From positions 8,370,001-8,434,000 of the forward strand of contig CM102285.1 of the NCBI GenBank assembly GCA_046563655.1: a stretch of 64,000 nt of DNA, given 5' to 3'. This DNA is from Yuukianura sp. NJ FZ-2021 (lineage: Eukaryota). Positions 42,582-53,699 of the stretch are shown here, in pieces (positions within the stretch are counted from its first letter, which is position 1; the number at the start of each line of letters is the position of its first letter). A program made the translations under genes and the position numbers. The notes under the pieces are model-generated. The model was not told the DNA's origin and did no database searches. It worked only from the letters and a program-made list of their open reading frames with translations.

Positions 42582-43866
42582 TCACCCCTTCCTTGGAGAT
42601 CGTCCGTTTATTTGTCGAAATACGTTTCGATTTACTTTGTCGAAAAGTAAGAATCCAGCAGCTCGTTCAATCGTTTCTACCGGTACCTGAAATCTTGAAA
42701 TTGGCACGTTGTCGTCGATAGGGGCATTTGGCATTACATAAGCTTCCATGTCCAGCTGCCCTTCTCCAGTTTCACCTACTGTGACCTTGAACCAGAACAA
42801 ATACTTAATTAAACAAGTACACATTAGTATAATTACTTCAATCTAAAATAAAAAACCTTGAAAAAGTGCGTAGGAACAGCCACATGATTTGCACCAATTA
42901 CTTCATAGCTGACATAATTTTTTCCAGTCGCAGCGTCTCGCCTAAGAAAATTAGATGACAATTTCATTTTAAATACTTTGAAAGGAGTGTTTAAAAATGT
43001 GTCACTCTTTTCGTTTTTATTGGTAGTCTCACCTTGGCAAATAAAGCGGACCAGTGCAGACATACACGTTGCTGTAATACTTGGTTAACTTCCGTACATG
43101 TTTCTCAAGTGTATTCCAAGCATCACGATTAAACCCTTTCCCCACTTGCGGTGACATGTTGGACAGGATAAACGTTTCTTCACAGTGTTGCTGAGCTACT
43201 CTGTGATTCCCTGCAGCGGCTAGGTGACCCCGGTCGAAGCCACTGCCTCTGTAATCAGGGTTAGTGGCCCTAAAAAACGGATGCACACTCTGGTCTTCAT
43301 AAAATTCGCATTTGCTGCGGTCCACTTCGGGATTGTACGCAACACTCTTCGACGTAAGATGTTCAAACACCCAATGAGGAACTCGGTTTCGTTTGTCATA
43401 GGAAAGAACAAAGTCATTGAACGATCGCACATTGTCGAAACTTGGAAATCCAAAGCGCATTATCTGGAACAAAAAATTATAATAATGTAAACAGTGACGA
43501 CTTCACACTTCAACAATAGCCATAACAAACAGCCAAGTAGTATTTCAGTACCTGGTGCATTCTCTGCTCTACAGGGTTGACCTTGGTGGATTTCCATTGA
43601 TCCCCAGTATCAACTTTCCCACTTCCGACGACAGTGTCAGTGAATGGTACAACTCCGCCAGTTCTAACGTCTGATCCAGGCGATTGAGGAGGAAACGCTT
43701 TCGTAGCGTATACTTTTGTAGAGGTCTTCAAGGCTTTTAGGCAGTGTTTAAGCTTCTCTAAACTAGGTTCAGATCCTTCCGGCATCAAATGTCGTTCCGT
43801 CAGCATGCCGCCAATCCACGATCCAATGCCAATGGCTGCAACCTTTGTCAGTGTAATCTTTCTCAT
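42582..43866 (-). CDS. ENDOG: Mitochondrial Endonuclease G; exons 43866-43552, 43463-43033, 42941-42857, 42785-42582
   Basis: IMRFGFP, FVLSYDKRNRVPHWVFEHL, catalytic DRGHLAAAGNH, LSNMSPQVGKGFNRDAWN, VAVPTHFFKV and IERAAG. Probable 5'UTR exons reach about 44.5 kb. Confidence 0.96.
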
Positions 43867-45068
43867 CTTGAGTAATCAGCTCACTAACTAAGCCCGTGTA
43901 CACTGTAAAGCAATGGTAAGTGGCTAAGTTCCACAAGCCACAAGTTAGCAGTATCTACGTTGAAGGAGTCTACGTTGTCCGTGTCCAGTAGTTCAAACCA
44001 GTCTCTAATTTAAAGCTGTACACCTAAAACCACAAATAAAATACTTTAGTAAACCTTCTATTAGCACTATCGCTGTGTAACAAATAATATCTAAAAGTAA
44101 ACTATTAATTAGCTATTCGGGTTGGTATATTTTTTAAAATATTTTTGTTCTTGATGATAAAAAGCTACAATGCGAAAATGGAACGAATTAATACAAAAAA
44201 ATAGACTTACCGATAATAAAAGTATGACATAGATAAAAGCCTTACATAAAATTAAAACGACACACAAAAGACATTAAATTTGAAAACAGCTTTTAACGAC
44301 ACTTTGCAATTACAACAGATGGAGAGAGCAGGGAGACGAATTTCGTCGATGTCGATGTCTCTCTTACCTTTGATTTTGATTCTGCATCTGCATTTGAAAA
44401 CCTTCAGGATTCCTTTAAAAAATTCAAAACGTTTGATGTTGGATTTGTATTTGTTCAATTTGATGTCTGACTTCGACGAAAAAACTCAAAAACTGAACTG
44501 AAATTAAAAAAAAAACTTGAATGATTTCACCCTTTTCCCGCTATTTCGTTAGCGGCTGACTTCACAAATTGTTTGTAAGATTCTCGCACCAAATTTTCAC
44601 CATTTCACCGCAAAAAATCTCATTTGCAATCCTCGGGAAATTGTGAATTAAACTGATGAAATGTTTATAAAACGTAGTTTACGGTGTAATTAAGATTGAT
44701 TATTGAACACTCAGATAGTAGTCGTTTCTTGGCTGACAGCGTTACTTCATCAATTCCAGCAGACAGAGGGTGTCATCTGTTGCAGACGCTATGTGAACCT
44801 CGAAGCTCCGCCCTCGCACTTTTTAGTTTGCTCGAAAGACAGGAGTTTCACAATTACTTAATCTTTTCTACTAATTATATCTTCTTTTAGGTTAATTGCA
44901 TTGATTCTTTAACACTTGGAAATCATGTACAATACATTTGAGTATAGTTTTCCAGGAAGTGCTTGCTGTTCAGCAGTGAGTGTGAGGTGTAAAATGAGGA
45001 AGTGTGTGTATGGTTGAGTGTGTGTTTTGCATGTAAGTGGTTAGGTATGGAGGAGAGAGTGTGGTTCG

Positions 45069-45232
45069 GTACTTACCTGGCACAGGAGGTACGGTGATCA
45101 GGAAGGCCGTTCTCCCAGGACGAGGTCTCACCATTGCACTACGGTGGGATTGACTCCTGCGATTACACCAAACGTGTGTAACTCGGGTGCGTAATTTTTG
45201 AGAGCGGGGGACTGCGTTCGCGCTGTCCCCTT
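45069..45232 (+). ncRNA. U1: U1 spliceosomal snRNA (164 nt)
   Basis: TACTTACCTGG 5' end, U1A loop ATTGCAC, Sm site AATTTTTG, SL4 GGGGACTGCGTTCGCGCTGTCCCC. Helix H (GCAC/GTGC) and SL1-3 pair with compensatory changes. Confidence 0.96.
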
Positions 45233-45937
45233 CATTCTAAAATCAAATTTTAAAACTAGCCTTAGCTGTGTAGGGCGATGCTACTGAGAAATTCTCAGTA
45301 AAGGGCTCGCTTTCCTCCATGCGAAATGAGTTAAAGCTAAAGAAGTGCAGATTACGAGGATATCTAGAAGTGAAAGTCTTTTTTTTACTTTTCACTTTGT
45401 TAACTAGGTTAGGTTAGGAATTTTATTGTTTTGGGGCGAAAAGTGAAACGCAAGCACCGGGATGATGAATCGCGTTAAAAGCCTGAACCTCTTACACAAG
45501 CCATTCTCGTAATGCTTTTTTTATTCCTAAATCGACTTTGTCATTGGTAACTGGATACGACTCTAAGTTGACCGTAGGTCTTAAGAAGAAACAGGCATTG
45601 ATGATCAAACCTTACTTAAAGTTAATATTTAACTCTTTCGTACTAAATCTGGTTGGGTTTAAATTGTTGTACTTGTAATGGAGGAATTGGCTATTGTAGG
45701 AACTGTATTCATTTTTAATTAAAATTGAACTTTGTCGTAAAAATTTACGTCGTAAAATGTACAACCAAAATTAAATTTAGCTTTAAATCAACTGTAAGCC
45801 GTTGTTCTGCTTTGAAATCCAGGTCCACATAATAATGTAAATTAAAATGATTGAGGATTTACAAAGGGATAATTCTTTCCTTAGGCGGTTCTTTGGATGA
45901 TGAGAAGAGTGATGAATGGGGTTTATACAATTTAAGT

Positions 45938-48181
45938 TTAGAAGTTGGTAAATTGCATTGAAATTAATACTGGTAAAAAATAGATCGTGATGACTGGGGA
46001 TAATGTTGTTACTGATGCAGTTGTGAGCAGGTTTTCTTTTGTGTTTTCATGTGCTGCGTCACTTTTCCACGACACTTCAATTCTCGAATCAGGATGACTA
46101 ATGGCATTCTGATGATGGTGATGATGATGGGAAGCACCTTTGATGTCGTAACCAAATAAAATGCTTAGTTGTTCACGTGTAATCCACTTTCCAAGGGCTT
46201 CCAGCCACTCCGTTTTGTCAAATCTAACAAAGTCATGGTTGATGTATCAAAAGAATTGCAAATTAATTGCATTGTTCGTAGTACCCATAAACGTGTAACG
46301 CTCCTCTGGAAGATGCTGACAAAACTGCCTTGATTACGTTCAGTAAAACTGGAAATTTAAAGAAATCGTATGTATAAGCACAAGTTTTGACAGATTAATT
46401 GACTGTAAGACAAGAGTAATAAGTTTAACATTACCTTCGAATATACGAGGACCTGGAAATTGAAACAAAATGTTTAAAAATTACAGAAGTAAAAAAATTT
46501 CGTATTGAAAAAGTTACTGTTTATGAAGATGATGGCTGCTGCTAATCCAGGATAATTTGCCTCGATAGTTTCAGCCATTTCTTGTCCAAATGCAATGCAG
46601 TCTCGGCAAGCATGTCGTCTATAGCTGAATCCATTGAGATCTATTATGGCCACTACTTGGGTGACATTTTGAAAACGCGCGCGAGCAGCCATGATTTCCA
46701 CTAGTTTCAATCCTGATCGCGTCGCCAGTTCCCTTTTACCAGAAATAACAGCTTTTCTCACATCGGTTTCAGCAGCTCTGATCAGAATTGCTGTAGAATT
46801 GATATAAAGAAAAAGACAATCAAGTAATTATTTCTGATTCCGCGAAAACTCATTAAGTAAAAATTCCACTTTACATCTAAACATAAACCCAAAAAACAAA
46901 GTAACGACCAGTCAATTTACGTCGCTGACGAACAACGAAGATATTTAGAAATATTCTCTATCGGAACAAAATTCCATAATTTTGGTTACTCTAGCATAAA
47001 CCGCAAGACACTGCATCACTGTTTCGATGAGATTTTATGCAATGTAATTATTATGCGCGATTAAGATCAGTTAGCATAAGCAAAATTTACGCAGCAAATA
47101 AATTTGAGATCCAACAAACAATAAATATAGAAAAAAAATCATTTCGTTTTACTAACCTGGTCTACCAAATCTATCAATTCCAAATGTGCGTGGTAGTTCT
47201 CGATCCAAAACGTTTTCTTCGTCTATGATTCCGTCAATTCTATTTTCCACTCTCCATTTCATGTGCTTTTCAGCGCAAATCAAAAATTAATCACAAAACT
47301 TTTCTTAAGTTGATTTAGGAAGTGGTAGCTGTGGATTAAATTATTTACGTTTTGAATTAATTCCGTTGCTTTTTCGACATCTAAGTTAGCTGATCTAAGA
47401 AATGGTAGCAGAAAAAGATCTTCTGTCATGTACGTTTGCGTTACCACATCTTCCACGGCTGGACGAAGCTAAAATCAGCGAAGATGACAAAAATTAACAT
47501 TTGCCTGTCAATAAATTTAATACGTAGGAGTTAGTAGGTAGCAAATTGTGGCATTTCTTCTTCCAGTCGCTGCGCTGGATGGTCAACTACTCATCTTGAA
47601 GATGGAGAACTTTTACTTTTCATCTTCATTCTTCAAGGAAAAGGGAAAACAAGCCGTTGAGAGCTTGACAAAATTGGAATTACGAAATGCATGTTACAAA
47701 ATTTCGGCGAGCATATATATTTATGTCTTTTTGTTTGAAAAACTACTATGTTACACTGCAAAAACAAAAAAAGAGTTTTCGAATAGTACAAACATGCTCG
47801 AAATCCAGTCACATTGAAAAATTATTTAGTTGATTTTATCTGTAAAACTTTGCTTTATTGCTGAGAATCGTAGAAATAGAAAGAAAGTGGAATTTCCCAA
47901 GCAGTAGTTCATTAATTAGTAGTAATTATGCTCTTAAGTGACCTTCGTCTTATTGTCAAGATTTTGCACGAGATTCTGAAGAACTTGTGAATAGAAAACG
48001 TAATGAATAAATCCCTTGTCCACAATAGACTTTGGACTCGGAATTGTCCAATAGGAGTTACCTGTTGTAACGCTTCAATCTCTTTTGTCGTCAGAGCTGT
48101 CAAAGCAGAAATCACTTCAACGAAGAACAATAGTCCGAATTTAAGGATTCCCCAAGAACACAAAGAGTGTCGCAGATTCAT
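45938..48181 (-). CDS. CRAL-TRIO/SEC14-like lipid-binding protein; exons 48181-48062, 47468-47349, 47265-47157, 46790-46518, 46452-46435, 46348-46285, 46223-45938
   Basis: LFLLPFLRSANLDVEKA...HMKWR (CRAL-TRIO N), GIDRFGRP, IIDLNGFS, EANYPG, INSPRIF. All junctions are GT-AG and in frame, including an 18-nt microexon. Confidence 0.85.
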
Positions 48182-49710
48182 GGTCACAGCAAGTACCTTA
48201 ATCAAATGAACCAACAGAAACTGTTTGCCAATTTATTTCGCACTGGAGGGTGGAATGGATTCTTTGGCACTTTTAAGCTATTTTTGGGAGCGTCAGAAAG
48301 ATTCAGCCCTTGGACACTTCACGGTTCATTAAGACAATGCTTTCGTCGTAGCAAAGAACTGAAGTTTAAAAACTAAAGTTTACTGTGGAAATGTAATGTT
48401 AATTCGACAATAAAGTTCCCCACATGTTAAAATGAACATGAATGCAAGCCCATCCCCCTCCTAGCACCTTTCACATTTTACAATTTAAATTCACTGCGTG
48501 AAAGAAATTCGACCAGTATATGTGGACAAACTCACAATACGTAAAACATACAGCACTATAAACGTATTGAAGCGGTTACGCCAAAATTAGCAAGTTGTCA
48601 AAATGAATCCGGATTTTAAATTAGTACTTTGTTGTGGGGTGTGTCGCGTACAGTATTTGCTTAGCTTACACAACAATGACGATAACTTCGCAAGTACACG
48701 GTGGTACATGCTAAATTCAATTTCGTGGAATTGGCATCATCTCTCCGAACTCCTTAAGAAGACGGCTAAATCCCAATCATGGATATTACGTTAGGCCAAT
48801 GGTAAAAATGACTGCGCTGGGGGAACTTTCGGCTTGGAATTTCCTATTTGTCCAAAAACATTGAAACTATATTAACATTGAATCAACTTTAAATTAATGG
48901 AAAAAAAATCTCAAACGATAAATAATAAAAAAAATTCTAAGCTATAAAACAAAGGTCAACAAATGATTCTCACTCTCGGCATATACAGTATAAAAGGTGA
49001 AAAGTCACTTCCTGTTTTTGTAAACAAAAATATAACAATTAAAATTGGATCCAAATCCTGCCCTTTTATTCGGTAATGGCAAGAACTCTTAAATGTGAGG
49101 AAATTTCCTAATTACATTACAATTCACGCACACAGTGTAGTCCGTGTAATTAATTTGTTTTGACTAACTATGGATTGCATTTTTGCATTGATGTTTAGAG
49201 AAATTGCTTATACTTTGATGACTAAAATTGTTCCCAGACTGAGAAGACAAAAACTCACCTAACGTTATACGATGCCGTAAGCGTCTACTTTCTAACCTTT
49301 ACCTTGCTTCTCGATTTCTTACGCAGTTTAGACTACGTAAGAAATGTTAATAAATGCTCTTCATACCTTAAATGTTAAATTGGGTTAATCAAGGACTGGC
49401 CTAACAGGTCGTGCCAAAATGAACCAGGCTTGTAAGTAGCTGGAAAAACATTTTTGGCACATCCTATCGATAAAGCTTTTCAGATCTCTCAGAGGACTTG
49501 ACCTTGTCAACCTAATGCGTAATGTTTGCCTGGTAGTTGTTTAAGCGAAATGTAGATTTGTTCTAAATGCTGTGGATAATGCATGAGCCAATTAACCTGT
49601 GAAAATAGGCTAGTGTCATGTGATGCTCTAACTGTTGGGACTTCGTCAAGACATGACCCCCATAGTCACACAGACTTAATTTACTGTCTCGTTTTACGAC
49701 ATTGATTAAT

Positions 49711-49762
49711 TTACCTTCAATATGTCAAGTTCTCTGCAGTTGACATTGACATATTGAAGTAA
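49711..49762. repeat. 14-bp perfect inverted repeat upstream of Amt
   Basis: CTTCAATATGTCAA (49715-28) and TTGACATATTGAAG (49746-59). Confidence 0.7.
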
Positions 49763-50064
49763 TGCCAAAGTCCATGTTCAATATGTATTATGTAACCTAA
49801 GGCCTAGTTTCTATTACTCGGATCATTTTTTAAGGTGGGCTATTAACATTCAATCATATCAACTCGAAAACACAATTGACTGACACCTTTCTCCGGAATT
49901 CGGTGGAACGAGGTTACTTCTGGCGATCACCTTCTAATATTTGACTTTGTTGGGTTCTGATTCCAGTCTTGTCTCTGATTCTTACCATTGCAGTTGCAGA
50001 TTGCAATTATTGCAAAATCAACAAAAGCAAATTATTTTTGTGTGTGTGAAAGTAAATTAGAGCA

Positions 50065-53000
50065 ATGGATCAAAACTTTACAGACAATTACACAATACCG
50101 CTGGAAGATCAAACTGGTCCTTGGTTATACGACTTGACGTGGGACGACGCTACTTGGGTACGCATTCGTTGTTTGTAAATTGTAAATCGCAAAATTTTGT
50201 AAAGGTAGATGACTTTCAAAACATTACTTCCTCTAGCATTTGCTAAGGTTTCTATAGCAACGGGTGCTTCATAAGGTTAAGCAATAAGTCTTGTTTTCCA
50301 AAAATCTCGCTCCAAACTTTTTTTTCACCCACGTTTCACCCAGAGTGAATCAGAGTGAATGTGTTTCCGTGATGTCTTTTCATTTTTGCAATTTTGGAAG
50401 GAAAAATATAAAAACCGAGGTATTGCTTAACCTTATGAAGCAACAACTATTCCGTTGCTATAGAAACCTTGGGTACGCATTCGTTGTTTGTAAATTGTAA
50501 ATCGCAAAATTTTGTAAAGGTAGATGACTTTCAAAACATTACTTCCTCTAGCATTTGCTTATGGTTAATTATGCCAGTCTTTTTTCGGATTTCAGATTTT
50601 GACTGCTAGTTTCATAATTTTCACAATGCAAACTGGTAAACCAACCATAACTCAAAAATTATTGTTCTAAAAACTTTTGAAAACTCCACGCATGCCTCTC
50701 ACAGGGTTTGGAATGCTGGAATCCGGTTGCGTTTCAGTGAAGAATGAAGCTAACATCATGATGAAGAATGTCGTGGATGTGGTTTTCGGTGGATTGACTT
50801 ACTGTAAGTTTCATTTTCGCTTGAATTTATGCTGAATTGTGCAGAAATTGAGTTTGAAATTGGAAGTGCTATTTCAGGGATGTTTGGGTTTGGACTGAGC
50901 TTTGGGATGGGGAAAGGTTCTTCCCCTGTTCTGGGGGTTGGTGAATTTATGGTTGATTCTGAATTTGCTATCATGGGTCCTGTGTTCGCAACGTTCATGT
51001 TTCAACTGTCTTTTGCCACAACGGCTACAACAATCGTAAAGCAATAATTGGAAAAAGTCTTAACACTTAACTACAATTTGCCAGCAATGTTGAAGTTCCG
51101 ATAATAGTTGCTTGATATTTTAGGTTTCAGGAGCAATGGCAGAGAGGTAATATGTCGTTTCGATTGTTAGAGTACCAGCACACTGTAATAATTAGCTTCT
51201 GAATGTGGAACGTATTTGTAGGTGCAATTTTCGGGCATATTGCTGTTTTTCCTTGTTGAATACAATCGTATATTGTATTCCTGCTCGCTGGTAATATTTT
51301 TTAAATAAGTAAACTTTGTGAAACTGAAAGTATAGCAAAAACTTTATGTTTTACATTAGGATTTGGGGTACGACTGGATTCTTAGCAAACATAGGAGCCA
51401 TTGACATCGCGGGAAGCGGTGCAGTGCATTTATTGGGCGGTGTTAGCGGTAAATTCGTTGTGTCCAGGAGTGTTTGAATGTCTAGCTTAACAAAAATAAA
51501 ACACAGTTTGTTTGTCAATTGACCAGGGTTCGTGGGAGCATGGATGTTGGGTCCACGCTTAGGACGCTACGACAATGGAACAGACTCCCTCCCCTTGGGG
51601 AACCCCACTAGCTGCATAGTGGGGCTATTCATTCTTTGGTGGGGCTGGTTAGCTTTCAACAGTGGAAGGTATAGTAACTTAATTTCGTATTGTAACGTAA
51701 CCCAACTGCTTTATTCAAACGATTATTGAAAAAAATTTACCACAGCACGTTTGGAGTTAGCGGGAACAAGTGGAAGTTCGCTGCCAGGGCGGCCGTTACC
51801 ACCATGATAGCCTCGATAGGTGGCGGCTTGGTCGGCTGCATTTATGCTTTATTTAAGCCAGGCAAATTCATCGAGGTAATGGATCTGGTGAACCCGGTTT
51901 TGGGTGCCTTGGTGGGTATCACCGCAGGTTGTGCTGTTTATCACACTTTGGAAGCCTTCGTCGTTGGGATTGTTGGCGCAATTATTATTCTCAGCGTCTC
52001 CAGGATTCCTGATCGCCTGGGAGTGGACGACCCTGTCGGAGGTATGTAAGCAAGTGAAAATAAAACAATACTGAAAATAAAATTCCGTCAAAGTTTGAGA
52101 TTGATATAATTTCGAAATCAGCTGCTGTCGTTCACGGTTTCGGTGGTGTTTGGGGAATGCTGGCAGTTGGACTTTTTGCTGAAGATGATCGCGGTCTGGG
52201 AATTACGAAGGGAAATTCGGGGTTGTTTCGTGGTTAGCGCTGCTAAATGCCATAAATACAAAATTTGTCAACGCTATCTTCTAAAAGTATTTGCCTTGTT
52301 GCAGGCGGCGGCGTTAGATTGTTGCAACTTCAGCTAATCGCATGTGGATGCATCATTCTTTGGTCGTCCATAAGCACATTCACACTTCTTTGGGTAAGTA
52401 TGATTCGTTCTTAGAAGTGAAGTAAATTTCGAAGTGAATTTTGAATTTTGGAATTAGAATGAACTTAGAACTTTAGTGAATTTTTTTAAACTTGGAATTT
52501 TTGTGACAAATGCAGATCATAAACAGAATCGTTCCGATTCGTATGGAAGCGCATGAGGAGTTACTTGGAGCTGATTTTGTAGAACATTTGGTTCGACGGC
52601 GCAACGCTGGAATTACCCCAGCCCTTTCAGCCCTTGGCAACCGCCACCATGACATTGAGGAAGTCAAAAAGCATGCCGTCGTAGTTGGAGCAGAAAATTT
52701 CGGTGAGATCCGATGAAAACTTTCTCAAATTCAGCTAGCATCATGTTGGTTAAATAGTTCAGTATTTTTTTCGTTTCATTCCCAAATGTTTTCGTTGTCC
52801 GATTTTGTTGCAGCACATCAACGAATCGTGCACACGTTATCGGATGTCAAACCTAAACCTTGGAACGCTGTCAGGGCCAAAGCATGGGCTACTGCAATTT
52901 TCACTACATCGCTCCAGCGACGGCGCGGTGGGAGTGTAACTCCAGCTCCGCCGACTCCGGTAGGGTGCTGGACTTGGACGCAACAGGAAGGTCAACAGAA

Positions 53001-53151
53001 TGTACCGATAAAAACTCTCTCCTCAACTGTTGACTATTCTCTGGGAAAGCCACTGTCCCTTGAGTATTATGGAAACGACGGATTTAATTATAATACCAAA
53101 ACGGAGTACTTCACCAATTATGTCAAGGATTACTCCACAAGATATACTTAA
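50065..53151 (+). CDS. Amt: Ammonium transporter (Amt/MEP family); 13 exons: 50065-157, 50596-635, 50705-803, 50878-51035, 51124-146, 51222-290, 51360-448, 51527-668, 51746-52041, 52122-232, 52305-393, 52516-702, 52814-53151
   Basis: IFTMQTGFGMLESGCVS.KN, FQLSFATTATTIVSGAMAER, DIAGSGAVH, WWGWLAFNSGS, VDDPVGAAVVHG (both pore histidines) and EELLGAD. Confidence 0.96.
50153..50559 (+). repeat. Identical 92-bp direct repeats (50153-50244 and 50468-50559) flanking the MITE
   Basis: Base-by-base identical; includes the Amt exon-1 donor TGG|GTACGC. Confidence 0.93.
50245..50470. mobile_element. 226-bp MITE-like element with bipartite terminal inverted repeats in Amt intron 1
   Basis: Perfect 19-bp TIR (50245-63 / 50452-70) plus a perfect 22-bp subterminal IR (50265-86 / 50421-42). 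No coding capacity. Confidence 0.85.
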
Positions 53152-53699
53152 GTATGCGTAGTCAAAATCCAATTAACCATTGCCGCTTGGAATAATTTTT
53201 GTTAGTGCCATAAATTGTAACGGGAAACGAACAAATAGGGGCAAAGCCAAACTCTTCTATTATGTGTTATATTTGCAAAATGAAACATTACTTGTCTCAC
53301 AGTTTCTTTTCGGTCGCACTCAAATGTACGAATTTGCAATGTGTTTTTATAACCGCAACCGGTTTGAACACACGTTTCGTTCCATTTTTGCAGGAAGTGC
53401 ATTGACACAGCTAATTATATAGCAGTTAACTCAAATACCTTCAATAAAGGTACAGTAACTGTAGTATTAGCAAACACATTTTCGCAAAGAATTAACTGCT
53501 GTAAATTAGTTGAACTTTTAATGCACTTATTTATATATACATAATTGCATAATTACGAAATTGTGACAATAGGCGCTAGCTGCCTCACAATAAAAATACT
53601 ATATAATAAGAAATCATTTCGCAACTGCAATCCCACCATAAGAGTTGGTGGCAGCACCATAGCATGAGAGAGACGCCCAGAACAAAAAGAAGTTCAATC

